NCBI RefSeq assembly: GCF_006345805.1
Contig: NW_021832628.1
Coordinates: 1 to 31,016, forward strand
Direction: 5' to 3'
DNA length: 31,016 nucleotides
Source: Octopus sinensis
Taxonomy: Eukaryota
In this document: positions 11,690-24,419 of the stretch, one piece after another
Numbering within the stretch: the first letter of the stretch is position 1
Layout: each line of letters starts with the position of its first letter
Made by a program: the position numbers and the translations under genes
Notes under the pieces: generated by a model
Seen by the model: the letters and a program-made list of their open reading frames with translations, nothing else
Databases searched by the model: none
Told to the model about the DNA's origin: nothing

Positions 11690-12410
11690 GAAATTGTCAA
11701 TTGGACGGACCTGGTGAAAGAAAAGATCTACAAGCAGCCGGCAACACCACCCTCAAGTATCAGATTTCTGAGGCGAGATGGTAAAACCTCCAGAACAAAT
11801 GCAGTAGTGTTTCGGATCAAGCCTCTGAATGAGTAATGCAAATAGAGCTGAAGAGTAGACTCATCTTTCCAGAGAAAGCGTCAGTAATATTGATCCTACA
11901 TTATACAGTCCTTCTACCCAGGATCACAAAACATTTTACTGTAATCGAATTCAGACTGGCAGAAATGACAATCGATTTATCGAAAAGTGAAGAAAGCTTA
12001 ATACGATGGTTCAGTTGACGAAGTTATTCTTAAAGGGTGGAATGAATCCTTACTCAAATTGGTTATCGAGGTTTGGTCCAGAAAGATCAGTGAAATATGC
12101 TGGTCACCTATTTGTTTCAAACGTATTTATTTTATGAAGTGAATATTAGAGAGGGTTAGGGGGTATGGCGTTAGTGACCAGTTGTATCCGGATAATGAAG
12201 GGGTAGCGGTCTTTACTGTGGTGGTGGTGGTGGTAGAAGTTACGGTCAGGGACGGATGAATTTTATGAGGAACGGTTATGGGTAGAGTGATGGATGGTTA
12301 AGAAAACCTTGCAGAAGGTTAGTTTAGAGACTAAACTGCTGGAAGCCATTCGCGAGATAGCCAAAGGTGTCCAAGATGAGTGTGAGGTGGTTGCGTCTGT
12401 CAAGAAGCTG
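11690..12410 (+). mobile_element. Decayed HERO-like endonuclease region, split by a 208 bp repeat
   Basis: SSIRFLR..DQASE*VMQIELKSRLIFPE..TVIEF..QIGYRGL, resuming after the insert as AIREIAK..VRWLRL; stops and frameshifts throughout. Confidence 0.55.
12100..12307. repeat. 208 bp unclassified dispersed repeat, copy 1
   Basis: Ungapped, about 92% identical (hand count) to 16768-16975 with the same ends. Confidence 0.9.
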
Positions 12411-12775
12411 CAAACGGAAGGCGATCTCTAAATAATTCCTTATGCCCCGCCCGAGTGAATCGTGCAAGCTTATGGAAAAGAGATTTGTGACTTTGAGATA
12501 GCTGGTGAAGAGCTGAAGATACGGGACAATATGGTGGATTTAGATATCATCACATGTTTGCAATATATGTAAGTTATGAATCTTCTGCTTGGAAAAAGCA
12601 GCTTTAATATTCATTCAAGCTATGTATGTTTGTTTGTATGCATAAATCTATGTATGTATGTATGCATGCATGTGTGCATATATGTATACACGCTTGTATA
12701 CACACACACACATACATACACACATATACATATATGTGTGTGTGTGTGTGTGTATGTGTGTGTATGTGTGTGTAT

Positions 12776-13162
12776 CATGGAGGCGCAATGGCCCAGTGGT
12801 TAGGGCAGCGGACTCGCGGTTGTAGGATCGCGGTTTCGATTCCCAGACCGGGCGTTGTGAGTGTTTATTGAGCGAAAACACCTAAAAGCTCCACGAGGCT
12901 CCGGCAGGGGATGGTGGTGATCCCTGCTGTACTCTTTCACCACAACTTTCTTTCACTCTTACTTCCTGTTTCTGTTGTACCTGTATTTCAAAGGGCCGGC
13001 CTTGTCACTCTCTGTGTCACGCTGAATATCCCCGAGAACTACGTTAAGGGTGCACGTGTCTGTGGAGTGCTCAGCCACTTACACGTTAATTTCAAGGGCA
13101 GGCTGTTCCGTTGATTCGGATCAACCGGAACCCTCATCGTCGTAACCGACGGAGTGCTTCCC
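12776..13162 (+). mobile_element. tRNA-Arg-like SINE, body alpha + tail 1
   Basis: Near-identical to 8963-9354; low-complexity TSD atgtgtgtgtat at 12764-12775 and 13163-13174. Confidence 0.9.
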
Positions 13163-13192
13163 ATGTGTGTGTATGTATGTATGCATACATGC

Positions 13193-13223
<31 letters not shown>

Positions 13224-13249
13224 AGTATGTCATTTGTAGTTCAGGATTT

Positions 13250-13690
13250 TTTGCCAATAGAGAAAGAGCCGGAAGAATTGTAATATTCTTAAGGAAGAAT
13301 ATTACAATCGAGAAGGTGAATCACGACCTTTTTATGTGCACAGTTTGACAGACTATGCCTTACTTTTGCTGGGCTCAAGTCTCATTTGCGAACCGATGGA
13401 AAATGAACCTCCACCGACTATTTTGCCTATATGTCTGTGCACACCTATGAATATAATGAATGCCAGAAGGTTTGCAAATCTAGCGGATACATCAACAGAT
13501 ATTTTAAGCCCCACAAAGATCAGAACTTAACTGCAGTTCTTGGTGGTCCGAATCGGATATGCAATCTTTGTGGGTGTCTTTTCAAAATATTGTCTGGTTT
13601 AAAAAAAGCACATGAGATGCCATCATGGTTCTTAGGTGTAAGTACAGGAGGTGGTCAGACTCTGCATAAGGAGTAGACAACCACCATATA
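13250..13690 (+). mobile_element. LINE 3' fragment with three decayed C2H2 zinc fingers (probably RTE-type)
   Basis: FMCTV*..FAGLKSHLR; ECQKVCKS..FKPH; ICNLCG..FK.LSGLKKHMRCH (frameshifted), then a short UTR and a TA-rich tail. The RTE label is from recollection. Confidence 0.6.
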
Positions 13691-13769
13691 TGTATGTATA
13701 TATGTATGTATGTATGAATGTATATATGTATGGATGTATGAATGTGTGTATATATATATGTATGTATGT

Positions 13770-14047
13770 GTGAAGGCGAGTGGCTTATTGGTTACGTTAC
13801 TCGGATTACGATCGTGTCCTTGAGCTTTGTGTCCTTGAGCAAGACACTTTACTTCCCGTTGCTCTACACAGCTGGTAAAAATCAGTTGTACCAGAAATTC
13901 AAAGGTCCAGCCTTTCGCATTCTCTTTGGCGCTCAATCTCCCGAAGGGCTACGTCAAGTGGACATCTGTCAGCCACTTTCACGTTAATTGATTAATTAAT
14001 TAATTAATTGCAGGAGCAGGCTCTCTTCCTGATCGAATTAACTGAAA
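13770..14047 (+). mobile_element. Degenerate tRNA-derived SINE, body beta + tail 1
   Basis: gtccttgagcaagacact body followed by tail homologous to 9165-9320. Confidence 0.7.
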
Positions 14048-14156
14048 CTTGCATATGTGTGTGTGAGTGAGTATATGTATATGTATACATGCATACATGT
14101 GTGAGTGCATGCATATATATATATATATATGTTTGAATATATACATTTATATATAT

Positions 14157-14383
14157 AAGGCGGCGAGCTGGCAGAAACGTTAGCAGGCCGGGCGAAATGC
14201 GTAGCCGTATTTCGTCTGCCGTTACGTTCTGAGTTCAAATTCCACCGAGGTCGACTTTGCCTTTCACCCTTTCGGGGTCGATAAATTAAATACCAGTTAC
14301 GCACTGGGGTCGATATAATCGACTTAATACTTTGTCCTTGTTTACCCCTCTATGTTTAGCACCTTGTGGGTAATAAAGAAATA
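14157..14383 (+). mobile_element. SINE family B monomer
   Basis: Complete head, B box gagttcaaattcc, gcctttcaccctttcggggtcgataaa core, tail taaagaaata. Confidence 0.9.
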
Positions 14384-14499
14384 TATATAGATTTATATAT
14401 GAATGATTGCGTGTGTGCGTATATATATAATCTACACACACACACATACGCATACTCACACACGCACTCACGGACAGATTCACATACACATGCACACTT

Positions 14500-15700
<1,201 letters not shown>

Positions 15701-16109
15701 GATCCCGATTCGTTTGTATTGTCCGCTATATACGTATTTATGCTTCAACTAAATACTAGTTGCAAATATAGTCGCTCCCGATCTGGCAAATAACAATTAT
15801 GTTTTTGCTCTCGCATTTAAACTGTACTTTACCTCTTTAGTCAATGGTCGCCATCAAAATGACCTCATCTAATCATAGAACCAGCAAAACATGCCGCTTT
15901 TCCCCTTTCACCTCGGTGTGCCTGCTTCTGTTGTCTCATTCCTTCCTTCCTTCTTTTTCTTCCTCTTCCTTTCGTCCTTCTTTTCCTTCGTTCTTTCTTT
16001 TTTCCTCGGCACCTTTCCGTCTTCACTCCTTCCTATCATGTTATATACCTGTTTCACATTTTGTTTGTTGGTTTGTTTGTTTGTTTATTTCTTTCTTTCT
16101 CAAAGTGGA

Positions 16110-16320
16110 TCTTTCTTCTTCTTCTTCTTCTTCTCTTCTTCTTCTTGTTCTGTCTTGTTCTTGTTCTTGTTCTTGTTGGTTTGTTCTTGTTCTTTTCTTC
16201 TGCTTCTGCTTCTTCTTTCTTCCTTCTTCTTGTTCTTTTCTTGTTCTTCTTCTTCTTATTCTTCTTCTTTCTTTTTCTTTCTTCTTCTTCTTCTTCTTCT
16301 TCTTCTTCTTCTTCTTCTCT
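16110..16320. repeat. (CTT)n-rich tract
   Basis: Direct reading. Confidence 0.9.
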
Positions 16321-16589
16321 CCCCCCTCTCTCTCGCTCTCACTGCTTATCTTCCTAATAATTTTTCTTTTTCTCCTTTCTTTCAATATGTACACACATAC
16401 ACACATATGCACCAACACATACGCACACATATGTGTATACGTGTATACTCACAGACAGACAGAAGAGACACACATGTATTTATATACATACATATATATA
16501 TATATATATATAGAGGTATATATCTAGCTATGTATATATATATATATATATATATAACAATATATAATGTATATATATGGGTAATATAC

Positions 16590-16632
<43 letters not shown>

Positions 16633-16767
16633 TATGCATGTATGTATGCGCCTGTGTATATTTTCTGTGCGTTAGATTTCTATTTTCCTTCGCTCTTTCG
16701 TCCTTTCACTCGTTCTTTCTTTTCCTTCTTTTTCCCGCCTTTCGAAAATAGAAAATAGCTAATGACC

Positions 16768-16975
16768 CTGGTCACCTATTTGTTTCAAACGTATTTATTT
16801 TATAAAGTGAATATTACAGAGGGTTAGGGGTTATGACGGTAGTGACCATTTGTATCCGGATAATGAAGGGGTAGCGGTCTTTATAGTAGCGATGGTGGTG
16901 GTAGAAGTTACGGTGAGGGATGGATGAATACTATGAGGAACGGTTATGGGTAGAGGGATGGTTGGTTAAGAAAAC
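16768..16975. repeat. 208 bp unclassified dispersed repeat, copy 2
   Basis: See 12100-12307. Confidence 0.9.
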
Positions 16976-17327
16976 AGACGATGATGATGATGATGTTTAT
17001 TGTCATGATAATGATAACGACAACTACAGCAGAAAGAGAAGAGGTACATTTATGCGTGTATATATGGCTTAAATATAACCAAAATATAAGCAACAAGAAT
17101 GGATCGGTAGTTTAGTACAATTGTTTCATACTATAACAATTTATTAAAGCTGCAAATATTACAGCAAATATAATGTTAAGTAATCTTCAGCTAATTTCAT
17201 ATAGGTTTTCCAAACATCTTAGAGAGTGTAAATATACTTATAAAGTTATAGATGTGAGCTCCAGGAACTTGAAGCAAGATTCCAAGCAGACCATATATGC
17301 TTTCCAACAATACAAAGCTTATATATA

Positions 17328-17554
17328 GATGTTTCCTTCTCAAGCCATGCCAGGCTCATAAGGGCCGCTTTACCGGTTCCATGGCGCAGAAATTCCCCAC
17401 CTGGACAGAACGCCGTGGCCAGCTGAGTGGACCGGAGCAACGTGAAATGAAATGTTTTGCTCAGGAACACAACATATCGCCCGGTCCAGGAATCGGAACC
17501 ACAATCTTACGAGTATGAATCCAGCACCCTAACCAGTAAGCCACGCGCCTCCAC
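17328..17554 (-). mobile_element. tRNA-derived SINE, body beta + tail 2
   Basis: Minus strand tggaggcgcgtggcttactggttag...ggttccgattcc...ttcctgagcaaaaca...atgagcctggcatggcttgagaaggaaac. Confidence 0.8.
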
Positions 17555-17641
17555 TAATACATACATACATACATACATACATACATACATACATACATAC
17601 ATACATACATACATACATACATAAATACATACATACATACA

Positions 17642-17673
<32 letters not shown>

Positions 17674-18229
17674 AATATATATACACACACATATGAATGT
17701 ATGTATATACATATATACATATATGTATATCAGGGACGTGCTGCCTCGGTAGGGAAGGTAGGCAGTGCCTACATTTAGTAAAAGTCATCGAAAGTAACAT
17801 TTTCCTCTCATGGTAAAATATGCACCTAACTCAATAAAATATTGAAGGTTAGTTTGATTACTATACATTAAATACAAAATGTTTTACGTTTTTATAGATT
17901 AGGCAGGAATAAATCGCCCCTGCTTTTCAATCTTAGTATTTAAGGTAAGCATAGTGCTGCTGCAGTACACATCCTGCGTACATTTCTGCAACACCATTTT
18001 CTTTACGTGCTATAAACACAATAACAATCTTTTAAATTTAAGAAACAAATGTATACCACCATAACCCTTTGCCCGCCCTGTGTATCACAAGTTATTCACA
18101 GGGCATGTTTTCCCAGTGTCCATATGTTGCACATTCTGTATGTTACACTGAATGTATGTTTGATCGAGGTGTAAGAAGTCGTGTATTTATTGGTTGTAAA
18201 GAATAGGTTTGAACGGGGATCCCTGACAA

Positions 18230-18620
18230 TCGCTCAGGAAACTACTTATTATTGTAAACTATCTGTAGGTTTGCCCAACGGGCAATTTACTAAGGTGCGC
18301 ATTGCAGTATTTCTTAAGCGGTATGGTGAAATTTTTTGCATAAAGTAACAATTAGCGAAAGGGTTTGAAATGTTTACTGATATCAAAAATAATCAGGCTA
18401 AGCAATTAAGTATTTTCTTTGTCAGGTTTGTGAGTAGCATGGTGTTTGAGTTTCATGATGTGAATCGGTGTTGTAATTTTCTCGAGGTTTTGTATAAACT
18501 AGTGATGTCAAGTATCCCTATCCAAGATTTTGAAGGATGTTCAGAGGAGAATGAATCTGTGTGTTGCTACTTCGATGGCAGCTTTGTTGAGTTACAGTTC
18601 AACATAATTTCCAGATTCTG
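18230..18620 (-). mobile_element. Highly decayed Penelope-like reverse transcriptase remnant
   Basis: Minus strand ILDITSLYK (~18500) and NTAMRT (~18305), about 65 codons apart, resemble the D.xSLYT and GTAMG motifs. Confidence 0.35.
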
Positions 18621-18685
18621 GGAATATGATAATGTTAGCAGTTGTTGTAGATGTTAGTGGTTTTAAGGACTTGTTCAGAGTATGT

Positions 18686-19003
18686 TTTTATTTTATTTTA
18701 TTTTATCTAGTTTCAGCTCACGAGCTGTGGCCATGCTGGGGCACCGCCATTTGGTGTTGCTACATGATTTTACTTCACGAATGCTTTTTAGCAATTGCCA
18801 TTTGGTGCATGAGAGAGTTCTATGTAGCTGCCCTCATCTGCACTTCCTGCCGTGAAGTTGGTTCATCTGGGACACCTGACAGGAAGAGATCCAGTTTATT
18901 TTAAAGACATCTGCATCCACCCCATGCAGGTCTCTCAGGTTCCTCGGGAGAATATTGAAGAGCTGTGGGCCTCTGAAGCCCAGGCTATCACAGTATCTTG
19001 TGT
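18686..19003 (-). mobile_element. 3' end of CR1/L2-group LINE
   Basis: TRYCDSLGFRGPQLFNILPRNLRDLHGVDADVFK / KLDLFLSGVPDEPTSRQEVQMRAAT*, then a UTR and (ATAAA)n tail. Confidence 0.75.
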
Positions 19004-19785
19004 GGTTTAGTTATGTGTTTATAATACTGTCTGGTCGCTGAGACTTATCAATCTTTATGTCTTGATTTTGTTTTTTATATGTTTGATGAAAGGGAAGGCT
19101 TAAAATCCTTTAGGTATTCATGATATTGTGTTGATTTCTGTTGGTAGCTTTTGACGATAAGAGCAGTTGCTTCGTATTGCAATGTGGGTATGTTATTTGA
19201 GATTGTTACAGTCAAATATATTATAACCCTGTGGTTGATGTTGCCCCTTATGAATCTGATAATATTTTACACTTTTCTAAAAAGATTATCATTACTTCTT
19301 TATTTCCTCGTTTAGTTGGTACATGCTGACTTTCATTTCAATTCTGTGTGAGTTTTGGCTTGTGTTTGGGGTCGTCTCTGGCTTTTACGAAGACAGTTAT
19401 TTCTTGTGTATAATTATTTTAAAGACATTTTAAAGATATTTTCATGTAGCCTTGAGGAATTTGTTTCTTAGGAGCATATATAATTATACTGCGGTAGGTA
19501 TGCAATTGGATCTCAGTTGGTGATTTTGGTGTTCTTGTAGTTTGAAAACCTTGGATCCATTTCTCGGTGGGACACGTTCTATTGTGCTATTTTTGAAACT
19601 TCTAAAAGTGTTTTTTGCTTTTCTCGGTAATGTGTGAGGGTGTTGTGATGATAAGTGGTAAGGTGGGGAAAGAATAAGGGAATTGATTGCCAAATGGCTA
19701 TGATAGCTACGTGTAAGGAGCGGAGGTTGATATCTGTTGAAGAGTTGTTGCTGATGTCGTGGTGGTGGTAGCGGATACTGTGACA

Positions 19786-19786
<1 letters not shown>

Positions 19787-19820
<34 letters not shown>

Positions 19821-19823
19821 ATA

Positions 19824-19881
<58 letters not shown>

Positions 19882-20142
19882 CTTGATTGCCCACAGGGGA
19901 GCTAAACATAGAGGGGACAACAAGGACAGACAAACGGATTAAGTCGATTAGATCGACCCCAGTGCGTAGCTGATACTTAATTTATCGACCCGAAAGGATG
20001 AAGGGCAAAGTAGAACTCGGCAGAATTTGAACTCAGAACGTAACGGCAGACGAAATACTACTAAGCATTTCGTCCGGGCTGCTAACGATCCTGCCAGCTC
20101 ACTGCCTTAGAAACATCAAATGTTAAATACATAATGCAAAGC
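19787..20142 (-). mobile_element. SINE family B with (TA)n tail and 34 bp 5' leader
   Basis: SINE body 19880-20108; 12 bp direct repeat atactgtgacaa at 19775-19786 and 20143-20154. Confidence 0.8.
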
Positions 20143-20409
20143 ATACTGTGACAACATAAACGGCCAAGCTATGTTGCTGGCAATGCTGATGCTCATGCGC
20201 ATCAGGCTCCTGATCTTGTACGATGGGTGTGAGCTCATCCCAGGTTAGTAGACCCAAAGGTGTCATCGTACTAAGAGCCGACCAGGTCCAACAGTGCTCC
20301 CCTTTACTAACGGTCCCGGTGTGTACCGTGACAATAGCAATGGCATAGCTGCGTTGCTGACAATGATAAAGGTAGCGGTATAATTGTCACAGCTGCGGCA
20401 AGCTAAGTT

Positions 20410-20504
20410 AAGGCGGCAAACTGGCAGAAACGTTACTACGCCTGGCGAAAAGCGTAGCCGTATTTCGTCTGCCGTTACGTTCTGAGTTCAAATTCCGCCG
20501 AAGT
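20410..20504 (+). mobile_element. 3'-truncated SINE family B
   Basis: Head and B box only. Confidence 0.8.
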
Positions 20505-20586
20505 CTGTAACGAGTAGTCCGAGGGAGATTTAACACTTATTTCTAGCAGATCACACGACTACATTGCTTTGTTGTTGTTGCTGTTG

Positions 20587-20618
<32 letters not shown>

Positions 20619-20725
20619 GCTATGATGCTGTTTGTGGTACTTCTGCTAAAGCTGTTTCTGTTTCTGACATTGTTATTTGACACAGTATTGTTCAATTATT
20701 TAACTCCAGCTAAATGAGATGGATT

Positions 20726-20978
20726 GGAGGCGCAATGGCCCAGTGGTTATGGCAGCGGACTTGTGGTTTCGATTCCCAGACTGGGCATTGTGTGTGTTTA
20801 TTGAGCGAAAACACCTAAAAGCTCCGCGAGGCTCTGGCTGGGGGTAGTGGCGACTCCTGTTGTACTCTTTCGCCACAACTTTCTCTCAATCTCCTCTCTA
20901 TGTGGGGGGAACACATACGCCACAGAAACCAGGAACCGGGCCCATTAGCCTGGCTACGCTTGAAAAGGGCGAAAAAAA
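20726..20978 (+). mobile_element. tRNA-Arg-like SINE, body alpha + internally deleted tail 2
   Basis: tggaggcgcaatggcccagtgg head; tail gaaaccaggaaccgggcccattagcctgg. Confidence 0.75.
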
Positions 20979-20982
20979 GTGG

Positions 20983-21195
20983 GGTGGATTAGGTGGCTCG
21001 TTGGCTCTTCTAAAAACATATCTTGCACTATCGGTTCCAAGTTTTTGCGTTCTGAGTCCAAATACTTCTTGGTTTAGCTTTGTCTTTTATCTATTCGAGG
21101 TTGACAAAATAAACTGCCATTCTAATATTAGGGTCTATATATTCTCGAACTCTCTTCCCCTCGTATTTCTGGCTTTGTTCCAATCCTAGAAAACT
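20983..21195 (+). mobile_element. Old degenerate SINE family B-like copy
   Basis: gttctgagtccaaat B box remnant with diverged core. Confidence 0.4.
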
Positions 21196-21881
21196 TATTT
21201 AATCCCGGATAAACGCTGATGGTGCATATCTTTGTTATTTCCCTTTCTCACCGTTTTCCAAAATTGATAGCGTTGCTGATGGAATTTTAGTGGGAACGGT
21301 TATTACGTTTTTGATTTTTTTTCCTCCACAAAGAAATTTCACTAATTTCTACAGACAATATTTTTCTCATTCCTGGTTAATTCCATAACAAATATCAGGA
21401 CAAATAAAACAATACCAAACATAATATTTGGAAAGAAAATCAATATTAATACAAAACAAGCCATACAAGGATAACTTGACGTAGAACTCAGACAGAGAGC
21501 AATTATAAAAGGAGAAGTCTTTTTTTTATTAGCCACAGGGACCACTCGAAAAGAAAAAGAACGATACAACAGAAACAGCAGAGGGGATTTACACGTAGCA
21601 CGCGCAAAGAGAAAAAAGAACAATGACAATGAACAATAAAATATTAAACAATAGAATTCTCCAAAAGCAAGGAAGCTCCACCCAGACGAAACCGAGGAAC
21701 CCCTCTCATCATGGACACCTCGATCATCAAGGCCACTTGAGGCACCTCTCTCTCTTTCTTCCAGCCTACAGGCGCATGCTCAGAGTAGGCTCATTCATAA
21801 AAGCCATCCTCGCCATATTCATCCAAGTTCACAAAAATACTGGAAGGTAATACTTCCCTCTCCACCTCTTCAGTCTTCAAG

Positions 21882-22020
21882 TGGTACTTATTTTATTGAC
21901 CCCCGAACGGATGAAAGGCAAAGTTGACCTCGGCGGAATTTGAACTCAGAATGGAGCGACGGGCGAAATAACGTGATGCATTTCGTTGAGCGTGATAACG
22001 ATTCTGCCAGCTGGCTGCCT
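21882..22020 (-). mobile_element. Partial SINE family B
   Basis: Reverse head, B box and core. Confidence 0.8.
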
Positions 22021-22057
22021 TAAATACGAAGGTTGTGGCCAATAGTGATACCAATAG

Positions 22058-22287
22058 TAAGTAATTGGTACACTTGAGAGTATCAGCACTCAACTACCGA
22101 CATGGCTGAAAAAGATCGGTTCAAGAGTGAATGCAGAACACCTACAAAAATCAGTATTGTTTGGAACTGCAAGAATTCTTCGTAGGGTTCTTGAAGCATG
22201 ACCCAGTAAACAGGTTTCACCTTAGTCTGCTGGCTGTGGACAGCTGAGACTTTCCATCATACGCTGCAAAATAAGCTGCAAGTTTTC

Positions 22288-22362
<75 letters not shown>
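22058..22362 (+). mobile_element. 3' end of R4/Dong-clade LINE with (TAA)n tail
   Basis: VIGTLESISTQLPTWLKKIGSRVNAEHLQKSVLFGTARILRRVLEA* (stop at 22199-22201); LQK..L.GTARILR.VL is a typical R4-clade terminus. Confidence 0.8.
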
Positions 22363-22365
<3 letters not shown>

Positions 22366-22400
22366 TAGACTGGTACTTTAATATTATCGACTCTGAAAGG

Positions 22401-22640
22401 GGCTGATTGCTACCTAACTCAGATACCAGGAAACCCCAAAATGGCAGAAATTCAAAAGATAGTGCTCATGGGAACTGCTCAATTTTGGTTTTTTTTTTTG
22501 ACATTCACTAGTACAACACCAACCCCCAAACATATGGCACACTAGGCATAACAACAACATGAACTTCCAACCTTTTGTCTCTTGAGGTCTCTGGGTGAGA
22601 CTTGGAGCCAACTTGTACAAATATAAAGCAAAAGTCAAAC

Positions 22641-22719
<79 letters not shown>

Positions 22720-22720
22720 C
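22401..22720 (+). mobile_element. 3' end of a second, different R4/Dong-like LINE with (TAA)n tail
   Basis: ADCYLTQIPGNPKMAEIQKIVLMGTAQ, then a distinct UTR and (TAA)n. Confidence 0.75.
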
Positions 22721-22759
22721 ACAACAACAATAATGACGACATGTCTAACAGGTTTGAGT

Positions 22760-22925
22760 GGAGGCGATTAGCCGATACTATCGACCACAGTACTTGACTG
22801 GTACTTTAATATTATCGACTCTGAAAGGTTGAAAAAAGGCAAAGTTGCCCTTGGTGGTATTTGAACTCAGAACTTAAAGAGCTAGAAAAACTGCGGTCAA
22901 GTACTCTTATCCGATGCGCTAACGA
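22760..22925 (-). mobile_element. Old SINE family B-like remnant
   Basis: tatcgactctgaaagg..ggcaaagtt..atttgaactcagaac. Confidence 0.6.
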
Positions 22926-23639
22926 TAGACATAGATGCATTTCAGAAAAGCACATCTAAGTAATACTCGGATCTGTAAACATTGTTAAAACGTTTTTCAC
23001 AGAGCAGTTGTTAACCTTGGAAAATTTTGTTAACATAAAAACCACGTTGTATTAATTCTCAATACTGTCGTTTACCTTGAAGAGGCTTGCTAACCATGAA
23101 GTCTTCTCTGCATGTCCTTCCTTGAACGCATCCCCCTTTTATGTCAACCTGTTAATTTGTAACTTTTGGTTAAACATTCACATATTTGTTAGCCTTGACT
23201 ACTTCTATGCATGTTCTCCGAGATGTATCTAATTATTACTCCAAGAAAGAAACTTGCTTCATATTTTTTGAACCTTGAATAATAATGATAGTAATAATAT
23301 TGAAGATGAGTTAAGAGATTCCAAAAAATTATGTCTCCTTCGATGATACTTTGAATATTTAAATAAAAGAATGTACAGAGAAAAAAAATACAAACCAAAC
23401 AACTTAAGCAGCAGCAACAACAACAACAACAACGACAGCATCTGCAAGAACAGCTTAATATATCAGGTAAAATAATACTGAGAATGTAAAAAGGAAAGAG
23501 AAAGGCGAGGAACACACAGGCATTTAGAAGCAATCTATTGCGTAGTCATCCTTACGGAAGAGCAGCGCAAAATTAAGCGTATGATCAATTTTCTTCAATC
23601 ATGACTTAGAAGAAACAGACGTAGAGAAGAAGAAATAAT

Positions 23640-23645
23640 GGAAGT

Positions 23646-23676
<31 letters not shown>

Positions 23677-24380
23677 GAGGAGAGAAAGGAGATGGCGGTG
23701 CAGAAGGAGCTGGAGAAAATGGAGGTGTGAAGAGGGACAAAGGAGCGAAAGAAGGAAAAGAAAATGAACGAAATAAAAAAAAGGGAAAAGCAGTACAGAG
23801 GGATAAGTGGAAAGTAGTCGTGTCGTCGTCGTCATCGTCGTAGTAGTAGTAGTAGTAGTAGTAGAAGAAGAAGAAGAAGAAGAAGAAGAAGAAGAAAAAG
23901 AAGAGGAGGAGGAGGAAAATAAGAAAATAAGGAAGAGGTGGACAAAGAAAAACAAAACGATGACGAAGAGGTAAAAGAAGTATGAAGGAAAGGCCAACAT
24001 GACAGCAACAACAACAACAAAAAGGTAGAGGAGGTGAAAAAGAAAACGAAAACTAGAAAAAGAAGACGTAGTAGTAGTGCTAGTGGTAGTAGTAGTGTAG
24101 TAGTAGTAGTAGTAGTGGTGGTGGTGGTGGTGGTGGTGTGGTAGTAAGAGGAGGAAGAGTTAGATGAGGAGAAGAAAGAGAAGGAGGTGGAGGTGGGGGA
24201 AGAATAAGGGGAGGAGGAGTAGCAGCAAAAGAATAACGGAGAGAAAAAGGAAGAGGGGAAAGAGGATGATGCAGAGGAAGGGAGAAAAAGGTGGACGATG
24301 AAGAGGGAGGATGTGGAAAAAAGAAAACGAAGAGCAAAAGGAAGTGTCAAAAGGGAAGAGTACGAAGAATGGGAGAAAGA
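23640..24380. repeat. Compound purine-rich repeats (GA, GTA, GAA, GGT, GAG)
   Basis: Direct reading. Confidence 0.85.
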
Positions 24381-24419
24381 AGAGAAAGAAGAATTGGGAA
24401 ATTCCTTTCTAGTCCGAGC

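Noticed and set aside
15840-15915. Exon candidate after a good polypyrimidine tract and AG
   Set aside because: Weak donor and unrecognisable peptide.
17731-17922. hAT-like MITE with caggg...ccctg ends
   Set aside because: TIR match is only about 7 bp and there is no 8 bp TSD.
21750-21832. Exon candidate ccag|...gaag|gtaata
   Set aside because: The acceptor comes from a CT repeat and no peptide is recognisable.
22950-23130. Possible CR1 3' remnant (KTFFTEQ...)
   Set aside because: Similarity too weak to call by eye.
23370-23466. PolyQ exon candidate ending cag|gtaaaa
   Set aside because: In-frame stop just upstream, and the polyQ is a CAA microsatellite.
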